Position numbers and translations under genes: made by a program. DNA of 64,000 bases from Octopus sinensis (taxonomy: Eukaryota): contig NC_043002.1 in assembly GCF_006345805.1 (NCBI RefSeq), positions 99,944,001 to 100,008,000 on the forward strand. The letters run 5' to 3'. Shown here in pieces: positions 39,561-52,304 of this stretch. The number at the start of each line of letters is the position of its first letter. Positions within the stretch are counted from its first letter, which is position 1. The notes below the pieces were generated by a model. That model was not told the origin of the DNA, did no database searches, and worked only from the letters and a program-made list of their open reading frames with translations.

Positions 39561-40683
39561 AATTTGGCATTTAATTTCCTTCAAATTAATCACCTTCGGA
39601 AGCCGCGAACTAAATACAACACTGTTTTCGCTAAAGGAAGCATTCCGGGAACTCGTTTTCTGGGATAATCAGCAGCTACCTCGTCGCATTCAATTTGATT
39701 TCCTCACACGTCCTACAATCTTCCTTTCAAGCAGGATTTGCTTTTTGGAAATAGGAAAACGTCGTAAGGGATTAGATCTGGAGAATAAGGTAGCTGTCGG
39801 ATCTGGGGATTGCTGTGCCCAGCCAAAAACTGCAGCGCAAGCTGCGCTGAGTAGGCAGATCCGTTGTCATGGTGCGATTGCTACTCAGCGGACGGAGGCA
39901 ACTGTGGACTTTTCTGGAAAATACCATCCCACAAACGCCGCAAAACGTCACAGTAGTACTCCTTGTTTTCTGTCTAACCGGGTGGAGCATACTCATGATG
40001 AAAAATCCTCGTGTGGTCGAAGAAAACGGTGAACAGTGCCTTCAAATTGCTTCAGTGTCGGAGAGGTCTTCCACTACGAAGACTGAGTCTCTGTTTCGGG
40101 GTCATAGCCCTAGACCCACGATTCCCTACCTGTTATCACCGTTTTCAAAATGTTTTCGTCGTTCTCGACACAATCAAGACCTTGTGCAACTGAAACCCGA
40201 GTGTCCTTTTGGCACAAACTTGACAGACGCGCGTCTCATACCCAAATCTTCAGTGATATTAAACTGAACTGCAGCGTAAATAATCTGCACATCTGATAAC
40301 ACACGGATGATGATTCGACGAATTCCCCTCACAGCTGCATGCACCTCTGAGATGTCAATCTCATTTGTGATGGTTGCGGGTCTCTCAGAACGTTCATCAA
40401 TATCGATATTATATTTTGGCCGCCTTGGAAACGTCTGAACTATTAGTATACTTTTGTGCGGCTCATATACTCCTCTGCATATACTTTCTGCAACTTTGCA
40501 TAGGCCGCTCTCAGCAGGTATTTCCAAGCGTTTGACAAAATTTGATGCAGATTCTCTGCTCAACTTTCCCTGACCTGGTCAATGCGACGATCAATGATAC
40601 ACACGTTACTTCCAAGCACTGCTGTAAACAGCCAGGTAAGCTAGAACGTTAAAACTTTATACTTTACGTTTGAGCATGCGTCA
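39561..40683 (-). mobile_element. Decayed mariner transposase gene and element, lacking one TIR
   Basis: Reverse complement EQRICIKFCQ-like N-terminus, DIDERSERPAT, ITEDLGMRRASVKFVPK, and a C-terminal ..ASEGD*FEGN. Putative 5' TIR TA|TGACGCATGCTCAAA at 40683. Confidence 0.85.
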
Positions 40684-43600
40684 TACATAATTTTCATTTG
40701 AATCCAATGTGCCAAATTCGTTTTAGTGCTGGATATCATACTTAGTGTTGCTAACCCTAGAAAGTCCCTCTATAGAAAATCATTAATGACAAACTTATGA
40801 CAATGGCAAGGGAGATGACTGTGATGTTTAAATCTATTAAAAATTAGATTTTTTTATCTAATGGGGAGTGAGTTTGATATTTTATTCACTTATCGGTGAT
40901 ATTCACTTATCGGTATTGAGATATAGTAATTATTATTTAAATGTGTTACTTAATTTGACGATTGCAACAATAGCATTCTTTGAAAGATAAGTGTTTATAT
41001 TCTGAATATTTACAGTGAGTAATAGTAGCGATCATAGTGATGAGAGCAAAACTGAACTGTTTATTGTTTATTTAAAATTATCTGATAGAATAAAATGTCG
41101 TATTGAGATGCAACGTTCGTTAAAATCCAACGAAAGAGTGCGTTCTAGATATAGCAGCTGAATTAATTCAAACCGCATCACATCGTTTTAAAACAGGATA
41201 AACACATTGGAGAATATACTTACTCTTAGATATACATACAGAAAATGTGATGGTCGAAGTTGGAATTATATTATATCAGATCTCTGCTTAATCAGGGCTG
41301 ATCTAGGGCTAACAAATTGCAGTCATTATTATTGATAGATACTATTTTCTTTATAAAGATATTTTTTCTTTACTCCTACTTTACTTCTTGGTCAGACATC
41401 ATAATAGTAGCTGTATTTAGCTGCAGCTGAAATCTTTTGTGGTATTGTTATAATTGGAACGGTATTACCTGCAATATTTGACATTAGACGTTGTGGTAGT
41501 AATATAAACAGCGCTAGTGACAGGTGTTTTAGCTATAATAGTTGTAATGTTAGTGCAATTATGTTGGATGATGACGTCAGTAGGAGATGTTAGGAACGTA
41601 TTTAGAAGTCGTGGCCGACCACACACTCAGTTGTTTGAACAGACATATTTCAGTATAACTAAAATCATTTCGAGTTTCTTTTAGATATTACATTTGAGCA
41701 TGAATCCAATTTTTCAAATAAGATATATCCAGTTATGATATTCAGATGAGCCAACGCGTGGTTTCCTCAAAGTGATACATTTCTTTCTGACGTGCAATTA
41801 TACTTACAAAACATTTCCTTTTGCAGTATTCATTCATTCTAATCCACAGACAAGTCTATCGCATCAAGAGATTTCATTAACAAACTTCAACTAATTATTA
41901 TTGGTCTTATTCACAAGAGATTCCAAATCACGTTTATTATAATTAAGATTTGTGTCTACACCTTTAATATAGATATATAGTTTCAGTGTTATCTAAGACA
42001 CACCCACACACAAGACAAACAAGCGCTCTCCGTCCCCCAAGCTCGAGCGCGTGTGTGCCTATGAATTGTTTTTTAAACGCTTGTCTTTAAAAATGTATTA
42101 CTCCCAGAAAATATACACGGCTAACTATATGATCTTCAGTTCTGTTAGATTTTGGACATCGCTAAGATATGAGCAGCTGAAGGTATAAAAAGTTTACGCG
42201 AGAATGCGGGGGTAAATTTCAGAGAATAGCAATCCAAGGTGAAAGAAATGGGTCGTTTAATGTGCGGAATATAAAGAGTATGATTGGTGAAAGGAAAATA
42301 GGTGAGAGTGTGTCAAAGGATTGAGTGGAGTGGATACGTATCGAATTAACTATGAAGAACAGAGATTGTTCCAGCAGAAAATACAAAATAAAATCTCGTC
42401 TTTTCTATGAGATAGATGAAGTATATGAATGAGTATATCTAATCTAGTCTTTGTGAGACTATGATTGACACGCATGTTCGTAATGACATGCACCATGTTC
42501 TGGGTGAAACGAGGCGGACACAGAATAATATTTCCTTGTAATATCACGCTCTAAAATGTATTTTTACAGAAAATTGAATCACATATGTATATTTCAAATT
42601 ATTTAACAGGATAATCTGAAAAAATGCAACCCTCCTGGCTATAATATCTTCTGGTCATTGATTCATATAAATCAGTCGAGGATGATTGTGTCCGTCCGAG
42701 ATGCACAACACATCTCATTCTACCAAACACGCTTCCCAATTATGCCCGATCCTTCAAATCTAAGGAAAACTATTAGTGAAAACCATCAAGTTATTAAGCT
42801 TCAAATTGATATTGAAGACATGTGATTTCACTGAACTGAGTAAAATCAAAATAAGGAACAATTCAAAGTTAATCCATGAACTGCAAAGAAAATTACTAAT
42901 TTACTGCAAAACATGTCCGCAGCATAATGAGAAATATAACTTTCAAGCAAGAAAAAAAATGTTAATGTGACTAGTCGGAGCACATAAATAGCATAGAAGC
43001 TTGTGTGAATGGAAAATTTAAAATATTAGAAGTTAGGCAAATAAAAAATAAAAGAAGAATATGAGTATTTGCGAAAGTAAAAGAATACTAAATTAGATCA
43101 ATATAGTTAGATACTTGCAATAGTTCTGTTGATAGAACAGATGGCTTGAGTAAGATTTAAATCGAAATATATATGTAACATACTTCTCCGAAGCTCAACA
43201 GACCTACTTTGCCTTAATGATTATGAGTATAGCACATAATTTTCAGCATTTCGTTGACACGTATGAAACACGTTGAATGCCACATTGTAAATTAGTATCT
43301 ATGACAGTTATAATGGCATTTTAATTTACTATTACTACTCTGTTTCATCTATTTTTAAAATATTATTCTGCAAAGATAATATCCCTAATTTACTAACACA
43401 GAAATAATTTAATGGAGTCTTAATTGAACGCCAGTAGCCACTAGTGTGGCATTCGATTCCTTTAAAATACAATTAATACATATTGTTGTAAATATCTTTA
43501 GTTTTCTTTTCATATAAATTCTATTTAATACGGCTTAACAACTTAGCCTGATCCCGAATAATGGGGTCAAAAATTCAAAAAGGTTAATTAAAGAGGTATT

Positions 43601-44419
43601 AGATATAAAAGGGATGATGATGAATGACTGAAGTAAGTTCATTACAAATAATGATACAAGATTCCATTCTTAAGGAGGCTGAGATTAATATTGTCTCCTG
43701 TTCCATATGTACTATCATCCCCAAAGAATGAAATTTTCGATCTCTTTAATATTTCCAGTGAGTTGATTATTTACTGGAAGTTTATGGAGATTGTGATTTA
43801 AGCGCTTATTTTTCTACAGTGTATGCCAGCTGAACTTTCACCGAATTAACCCTGATTCATATGAGAAGTTTGATACTGTTATGCTCTAGCAGTGGCAGAT
43901 ATATGGATATGACCAAGATTATGATAAGCTAAGTTGAAAATCGATTGATTTGTGTAGTGTCTCATAGTTAAATGTTATACTAGGATATTCTGGCCAAAGT
44001 GGACAAGCTACTGTGCAAAATTTCCCGAAAGGTGGTAGATTTCCTTCTTCAGAACCCATTTCTTTCCAAGAATATAAACCTTTCTCTCTGCTGATATTCA
44101 GGTATCCACTTAAAGTGTACTATTTGCAAATATTCGAGTATCTGAGATGCCAATTTTGATGGTCCATAAAAGGTAAAAGCATGGAGTTATTTAACTACAT
44201 CGCTTGTAAACGAGTGTAAGGTTAACTGAATACGAAAATGTAATGCAAGTTCAACTTCCCCAAGACAGAGCGACAAGCTCGCTTCCCCTTGAATGCAAGT
44301 TACTGTGGTTTGAAACAGTATTCTGATCTGCGGCAAGAACTATTGATTTTTTTTTATCCCTCTCTGCAACGTTTCTATGTACGATTATTACCGGTAACAG
44401 ATGATGTTTTTATTGCTAT

Positions 44420-44725
44420 TACTCTTCCTGTTTTCTTCTTGTTCTTGTTCTTCTTCGAATTAGGAGTCATGCCATTAGCCACAAAGAATAATCTCTAATT
44501 CGAGCCTACTCTAAGCTTCTAAGAATGAGTGTAGCAACTTGAAAATCCCCCCACCACACGCGATAGACTGGCGGTTCATGGGCGCGAAACCTACGTTATC
44601 CTCATTTCGTAAACGGTGTCTTTTAACGTGTGGAGAGCTGAACCATCCAGGGATACAGAAGATTCGCAATCTAGACTAGGGTCTGGAAAGTTTACCACAC
44701 CATAGTAGGTTACACCATGTTTCCT
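44420..44725 (-). mobile_element. 5'-truncated copy of the SINE 3' module found at ~500-800
   Basis: The reverse complement matches GGTGTAACC..TATGGTGTGGTAAACTTTC..GACCCTAGTCTAGATTGCGAATCTTCTGTA..AGAGTAGGCTC.AATTAGAGATTATTCTTTGTGG. Confidence 0.88.
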
Positions 44726-45796
44726 CTGCTTTGTCTATATTAAGAGGGTAAATTTTGATTCGAGTGAGAGTTCGCTACTATTTGAAAAAGCTCGAGAAAG
44801 GACGATGAGGCTTCCTCGTTGGCTCTCCATGGAATTCGTTTCAAATAGACGGAGTCTACAACAAATTTAATTACTTTGGGTTAAACATCATACAAATCAA
44901 ACTCTTTTTTTTCTTGCACAGGCATGAATGTGTGCTTACGAACTTCATCGTTTTCTCTGTGTAAGACTATAGGGTTCGATTTGAGGAATATTTAGGAGGT
45001 ATTTCTTGGAGGCAGTGCCATATTGTAGGCTTCCTCTCTGGACTTCAACGGGGATTGACGAAAGAAATTATTTCCTAGATTCATCAAGGTGTATAGGCAC
45101 AGACAATCTATAATCTCTATAGTAACACGTTTGATTGACCAAAACATGTTTAGGCTGCAAAGTCAAAATGGTTTCGGTGAGATTTAAACTTAATAACTTA
45201 ACACAGCAACGTATTCCGTACGAAGTCTGATTGTTTTAGTAATAAAGATGATGTTGACTTGCATTTGAGCAAGTCAATGGTGTGTTTGGCGAAAACAGAA
45301 TGTGAAAGGCCTCTCCGAAAAGTTATAAAAGATATGCGGGCCATATGACATCAGGGCAGTATTCAAGAGTACTACAACACTTTGCAAATATTTCCTTCGA
45401 GCAAAACCACCAATAGAAGAGAATATGACCAAAGACAGCGTGTACTGCATCCCATGAAACTGTGATAGGTTATATAAAGGCGAAATATGCCGCCCCTTCA
45501 AAATAAGGGTAGGTGAACATCACAAAGCTGGAACGCGTGGAGATGTTCATAAATCGGGTAGAGCTGATCATGTATGGAAAAATGGAGACTACCTCCCCCT
45601 GTGGGATGAAGCTAAAATATTAGACAGAGAACACCACTGAGAAATGCGAAAACTAAAAAAGCAGCAATATGCCAGGCCACAACAACCTCCTAAGCAGACC
45701 GAGTACAGATATGAACAGCATATGGGAAATGGTATTAAGAAAGGATAGGAGAATATTAGATTTATAAGTCCTAAAATTGACTCCATAATTGCCCAC

Positions 45797-45868
45797 GGAC
45801 ATGTAGCGTAGTGGTTAAGAGCGCGGGATAATAACCCCAATATTCCGAGTTTTATTCCAGGCAGTGAC
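45797..45868 (+). pseudogene. tRNA-like (Ile-AAT-like) degenerate segment
   Basis: GGACATGTAGCGTAGTGGTTAAGAGCGCGGGATAATAACCCCAATATTCCGAGTTTATTCCAGGCAGTGACC. A box present, loop ATAATAA, damaged B box. Confidence 0.55.
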
Positions 45869-45940
45869 CTGAATAGTAATAATAATAATAACATTGAAAA
45901 ATACCTTAGGAGTGAGAACCCAGGTTCGAAATTTCCCCAA

Positions 45941-45986
45941 AACACCTAATGAAGGCTGAAGGGTATATCAGCCGAAATGTTGTATT
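45941..45986 (+). ncRNA. Degenerate minimal type I hammerhead ribozyme motif
   Basis: AACAC-CT(A)ATGA-A-GGCTG/CAGCC-GAAA-(T)GT-T-GT(A)TT. The core carries a G5>A change and is probably inactive. Confidence 0.55.
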
Positions 45987-46658
45987 AACAGCAAACAAGA
46001 TGAAGACAAATACCCGTCAAATGTACATAATATACATAATTCTTCATCTCTTAAATATAGAACTCTAAAACAGAATAGTTTGTTATAGAGGTTCTGAACG
46101 ATTTGTAGTTTAACATTACCATTAACAAATTGTCACTTTAAAAATTACCCATCAGCACATTGTGGCAAAAAAATTGTATTCTAATGAAACAGAAACTCAT
46201 TTTGCCCAGTGGATATTCAGGATTCCTAGTGCTATTCCATCTAACCTGTACCACTTTTGGATGGAATATCTATATGAACTAGAGCTATCTACATGAACTA
46301 GTGACCGTCTTCCTTCGTCATATTCTTATGGAAATAACTAAATAACGTGAATGGAATTACGTATTAGACTTTGATATATTGTAAATGGAATTACACATTA
46401 GACTTTGATGTATTGCCTTTCAAGTATCTGTGTAGTGATAACACATTCTAATCATAAGTTAGACATAACAAGCATTATTCGTATATATTCTATATATTTT
46501 TAACTGTGTTTTAAATATAATTATTGTAACTGGTTAAAATATTTTCACCTCTAAGAAAAATCAAACCCTTCAAAAATACAGCGATCCTGAATCATCCTCT
46601 TGACAGTTATTACTCTCTTGGGAGCTGACAACGCCACGAAGTGTGTACTGCTAATGCT

Positions 46659-46732
46659 GTTAATGTCCAATGGTTTATTACCAGTTATAGTTTCGTTAAT
46701 GTCCAATGGTTTATTACCAGTTATAGTTTCGT
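46659..46732. repeat. Perfect 36-bp tandem duplication
   Basis: TTAATGTCCAATGGTTTATTACCAGTTATAGTTTCG twice. Confidence 0.97.
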
Positions 46733-48147
46733 AACGTAGGTGCTTCATTGATTAAATTCAGTCTAAGGTGTTTAATTTACACACAAAGCCAGCAAGTTTG
46801 AGAGTAGTGAGATGTCGACCCAGAAGGAATGAACAAAAAGTTGACACCTGTGGGGATTTGAACACATAGTGTATGCACCCGGAAGAAATATTGCAAAGTA
46901 TTACTTCCAGAATTGTAACCCGTCTGCCAGTCAACGATGTTTGACATAGAAAGAATATAACTGGTAATTATTTTTCTCACCCACACAGTACTTTTTTCTA
47001 ATTAAAATAGTTTCAGGCTCAAACAATTATTTACTCATGAAGTGCTAGCAAGAAATCTGTATAGTGTTCTATTGTGAAATGTTACAATTCTGCGATGTCG
47101 ATATCTCATTATAAGTTCCCATATTTCACCTTGAATATGATAGTTACAGGCTTATTCATTATGTTCCAAATTAAAGCCATATAGATGTTTGAATACTTTT
47201 TAATTTAACAAAGAAGAAAACGAAAACCGGTGACCTATATACTTTTACCATACTTTAAATTTAATTGACTGTTCTTCAATGTAAGACATCTCATTTTTCA
47301 AATATTTTTACATCTTTTTTTTTAATTTCTTTTCTCTATATCTTTATATCTTTTTAAAAAATTTACCACAGCAAGATATGTTGTATAGAATCATGTAAAG
47401 AATGAATGTTTCCTTGCCTTTTGGGGTTTTTTTTCATTTATGGAAGCCTATGCATGTGAAGTGTTTCTGTGCAGACAGAAGAGATTTGGTGTAACAATTC
47501 TTGATTGTTACTTTGCAAGTTCAAATTTACTTCTGTGACGATTTTATCGTCGTTTGTTTCGTGTCAATGTAAGGATTTCCAAAAATAAAAATAAATAAAT
47601 AGATTAAAATGTGCTGGGCAACATAGCTAGTTGTTTCCAGTAATTTTAATTTTACTGAATCCCAGAAAGATAAGATAGAAAGTTGACCCTGTGGAAATTC
47701 AAACACAAGACATAAAGACCTGTAATAATATGCAACTATTTCGAGGTCGACTTTGCCTTTCATCCTTTCGGGATTGATTAATTAAGTACCAGTTGCCTAC
47801 TGGAGTAGATCTAATCACTAGCCCTTGTGCCTATATTAGAGAAGAATAAGCAACTATTTTTTTCTTCTATTATTTGTCATTCACATTCTCTGAGTCAATG
47901 GATATAAACTAATTACTCTTTTTATTTCAAACATCGTTAACTGGCAGACGGGTTACAATTCTGGAAGTAATACTTTGCAATATTTCTTCCAGCTGCATAC
48001 ATTTTGTGTTCAAATCCCCACAGGTGTCAACTTTTTGTTCATTCCTTCTGGGTTGACATCTCACTACTCTCAAACTTGCTGGCTTTGTGTGTAAATTAAA
48101 CACCTTAGACTGAATTTAATCAATGAAGCACCTTCGCTACGAAAGTA
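46724..48147. repeat. Recent ~220-bp inverted duplication (arms 46724-46944 and 47928-48147, 983-bp spacer)
   Basis: The arms are reverse complements with about 9 mismatches counted by eye. The arm itself is a heavily decayed family C SINE. Confidence 0.95.
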
Positions 48148-49647
48148 CAGCCTTTCAGCATTGTTAGAAATCTTAATGTACAGAAAATTAGGGCGGATGA
48201 ATCACAGAAATGAAAGAGTGTTAAAAAGAATCGGTTTGTAATATCAGGTTTTGTTCTTGTAGTCTCTAAAACCAATTCTTAAGGAGTTGACATTACGTTT
48301 CAGCATACAAGGCTTGAGAAAATAAGTACTGTTATTGAGCAGTTATACTTTAATTAAATGCCACATATTTCACCCCGGAAATGTGTCGCATTGGTTAAAA
48401 TATTTTTAATAAACGGTGCGTTATAAAAGAAATGAAGGGTCAGTGTGTTGTAAAAGTGATGCAATGACCTCGGTTTTTTCCCGGGCTCAATGAGGAGGTG
48501 GTGAAGTGCTGGAGTCTGTTTAATGAAATCACACGACTCATTCTCTCTCTATCTGCATGTGTGTGTGTCTCTCTCTCTCCCCCTTTCTCTCTCTTTCATA
48601 TATATATATGTGTGTGTTCCATGTATATATAATTCCTACATAATGTATGTTTCAGCCTAAAAACAAATTCTCTCAAAGCGATAATCCACACCAACAAAAT
48701 GCTAAGTATATACTGAGAGAAGCCTGTTGTATACATACATACATATGTGTGCGTCTGTCTTTGTGTCCGTCTTTCTCTTCCACCATGACTTGACAACTGT
48801 TGGTTTGTTTACGTCCCTGTAACTTCCTTGTTCGGCAAAAGAAACCAATAGAATAAGTACTAGAAACAATAAATCTTGCGCTCTATTTCTTTGACTAAAA
48901 GCCTTTAATGTATAAAAGAATAGATGAATATAAAGTAGATATATTTATTAAAGTAATTACAATTATAAAACTAGTCCAGCTTTCGTGATTTAAAAATTTG
49001 TCCAAGTTTATTAGAATAAATGTGTTCTGGAAATATGTTGGTATATGCATGTAACAGTTTGAGGAGTGGTTGAGGAACTGTGGTGATCATACTTGTAGGA
49101 TTGAGTGTGAATTTGCAAGTAACAAAATTTCGATATATATATATATATATAGTAATATAAAGCTATGTGATGTGGTGCTAAATGTATAGCAGTATTAGGG
49201 AAGCAAAAAATGCGGTTAGCCTCGAACAAGACAAAGAAAGAGGACAGTGTTGTTTGCGATGAAGCAGAACAACATCTACACGTAATTCATTAATTGAGAG
49301 CCGCTTTCAAGAATTGGTGAGAAGAAATCTACGCGTGCCACTAGATTCCTACACTATATCAGGAACTATAATGCATTTGTTACCTAACCTCCAATCATCA
49401 GAGCACCGAACTAGTGTAACTATTTCAATGTAGATGATGACACTATTTTTTAGACACGGAAAAAATATGGTGTATCACTTTCCAAGATGAATTACACTTC
49501 CAACCACTTCCTTCTGTGGTGGCGCAATGTCCAATACATGAAATTGATAACAACGACCTTATCGGCCTCTACATGTTACCTTCTCTCAAACTTGTTTTTG
49601 TTGGTGTGAAATAAATTGAATGGATACCGATGGAGCGATTCCGCATA

Positions 49648-49818
49648 GGCGCAGGAGTGGCTGTGTGGTAAGTAGCTTGCTAACCAACCACATGGTTGCG
49701 GGTTCAGTCCCACTGCGTGGCATCTTGGGCAAGTGTCTTCTGCTATAGCCCCGGGCCGACCAATGCCTTGTGAGTGGATTTGGTAGACGGAAACTGAAAG
49801 AAGCCTGTCGTATATATG

Positions 49819-49884
<66 letters not shown>

Positions 49885-50080
49885 TGTCTGTCCCCTAGCA
49901 TTGCTTGACAACCGATGCTGGTGTGTTTACGTCACTTAGCGGTTCGGCAAAAGAGACCGATAGAATAAGTACTGGGCTTACAAAGAATAAGTCCTGGGGT
50001 CGACTTGCTCGACTAAAGGTGGTGCTCCAGCATGGCCGCAGTCAAATGACTGAAACAAGTAAAAGAGAGTAAAGAGAGTA
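49648..50080 (+). mobile_element. Full-length, uninterrupted SINE family A (empty target site reference)
   Basis: GGCGCAGGAGTGGCTGTGTGGTAAGTAGCTTGCTAACCAACCACATGGTTGCGGGTTCAGTCCCACTG...(TA)n(TG)n...CAGTCAAATGACTGAAACAAGTAAAAGAG. Confidence 0.95.
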
Positions 50081-50819
50081 TATGTGTTTATGTTATTTCA
50101 CCTATAATGCATTCCTCTTTTGTTTGCTATTCGTAACATTGTATACACCGAACCTGTAGTTGAACAGCAGGGGACTTCTCTAGTCAAGAGTTATCATAGA
50201 TCCCTCTCTCTCTCTCTCCACACATACACACTGTGTGTGTATGGAGAGTGTTTGTTTGTGTGTGTGTAATTATTTGCAACAGAAAGGGCAATATTTGTTC
50301 CCACTTTCAAGTGGACGTTGTGCTAAAACACGGAATACTACGATAGTTACTATGAGATAACCTTTATATGGGCATTTTCGTGCATATAAACACCCTTATT
50401 TACATCGCTAGCGGGAGATAAATCACCTGCTGTCGCCACTGCCGGACCATCACCAGAGTACATGATTTCGGCCCTCTCTGGCGTTGTCAATGGTAGACGC
50501 TCGACCGCTAGAAATAACTTATAGTAATTCTTCAGAAACCCACTGGCTACTCGCGACATCAGTACTTGATTAGGCACTGAGGTTCTATGTATATCACTAG
50601 TGAAGATATCACTGCTAATTCCAGCCGTCGAGTGTCTAATATTGACAAGTCCAGCGAAGACTGAAATAACGTGATCTGGTAGTCTCAGCGGTGGCAATGA
50701 TTGATAATTGATCTTCTGCCAACGATGTAAACAAAGGTGCTTATATTCACCATAGTGCCCATATGAATTACTTTCTCATAGCAATTACCGCGGTATTCTA
50801 TTCTAAAACAACAACTATT

Positions 50820-51030
50820 TTTAAGTGGCAATAAATATGTGTTCCTTCATTGCCCACAGGGAGCTAAACACAGAGGGAACAAAGAATGACAGGCAAAGGG
50901 ATCAAGTCGATTATATCGACCCCCAGTGCGTTACTGTTACTTATTAATCGACCCCGTAAGTGTGAAAGGCAAAGTCAACCTCGGTGTAATTTGAACACAG
51001 AACATAACGGCAGACGAAATACCGCTAAAG
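50820..51030 (-). mobile_element. SINE family C, head truncated
   Basis: TGCCCACAGGGAGCTAAACACAGAGGG...GAAAGGCAAAGTCAACCTCGG..ATTTGAACACAGAAC. Confidence 0.8.
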
Positions 51031-51037
51031 TGGTAAT

Positions 51038-51421
51038 GTGGAAGCACTCCGTCGGTTACGACGATGAGGGTTCCGGTTGATCCGATCAACGGAACAGCCT
51101 GCTCGTGAAATTAACGTGTAAGTGGCTGAGCACTCCACAGACACGTGTACCCTTAACGTAGTTCTCGGGGATATTCAGCGTGACACAGAGAGTGACAAGG
51201 CCGGCCCTTTGAAATACAGGTACAACAGAAACAGGAAGTAAGAGTGAGAGAAAGTTGTGGTGAAAGAGTACAGCAGGGATCACCACCATCCCTGCCGGAG
51301 CCTCGTTGAGCTTTAGGTGTTTTCGCTCAATAAACACTCAAAACGCCCAGTCTGGGAATCGAAATCGCGATCCCACGACCGCGAGTCCGCTGCCCTAACC
51401 ACTGGGCCATTGCGCCTCCAC
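51038..51421 (-). mobile_element. Full-length SINE family B
   Basis: 11-bp TSD AAAGTGGTAAT at 51027-51037 and 51422-51432. Nearly identical to 21764-22149. Confidence 0.93.
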
Positions 51422-52304
51422 AAAGTGGTAATAATATTACCTGATATATGTGTGTGTGAGCATACACTAAATACTTTTTACAATACCTCCAGCTGTATTT
51501 TGAAGTGAACGATACAAGACCATTGTTGCAACGCTCGTTATATTAATTCATGTTTTACACGCGCATACTGTACATAAAGCATACAGTCACATATAGTGAT
51601 ATGAGAACAGATAAATAGATAACTATGTGGCTGTTTATTTGTTCCATGCTTCAATCCTGGGTAAAAAATATTTCTATGAAAATTCATTCCTGCTCACAAA
51701 TTTCAACATCATTTCTAATTACGCAAAACTCAATGTACTACACTTGATGAACCTTGTACAGTAGGAAGTCCACAACCGATTTATACTCATTGTCTTTCTT
51801 CCCTTGATTACAACACCATTTTTAGAAAATTAGATATCAAAGCAGTTAATTTCGCAACATAAAAACGTGTCATAGATTTTAGTTTTCTGCATTCTTAATT
51901 AATCTACACATATGCTTTTTAAAATATAGGGGGAAAACAACTATCCTTTTCACATGTTTCTCATAAAGTTTAAGATTACATTAATACTTAAACAATGAAT
52001 TAGAATTAATTAGAGTAAACATCGAAAGGCATTGGAATTTTAATTTTCCCAGTTTTTAAAATTTTAAACTATATCATTGCTGCAATATCCAACTGATAAC
52101 TAATATAAATTCCAGTTTTAGAAAAAAAGCATACAATATTAAATAAAATGAATTGATTTTTAACAAATTTAATTAAAATACACTGCACAATGAGAAAAAA
52201 AAGGAAAGCTAGAAAAACATCCAAGTTAAATTGTATAGAAAGTAATAGGATATTTAAGGAAGATTCCTTGAAGGAGTAACATTTATATTTGATCTAAAAC
52301 AATG

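Larger units (their letters stand above)
45295..46060 (+). mobile_element. Penelope-like element 3' fragment: GIY-YIG endonuclease remnant, tRNA-like segment and pseudo-LTR with hammerhead motif
   Basis: VKGLSEKL*KICGPYDIRAVFKS..KDSVYCIP*NCDRLYKGEICRPFKIRVGEH..KSGRADHVW..WDEAKILDREHH*EMRKLK has the GIY-YIG-type VY...YKGE..R...R..EH pattern. Confidence 0.82.

Noticed and set aside
39511-40267. Plus-strand ORFs of 173 aa and 132 aa
   Set aside because: They are antisense to the decayed mariner transposase and overlap a SINE.
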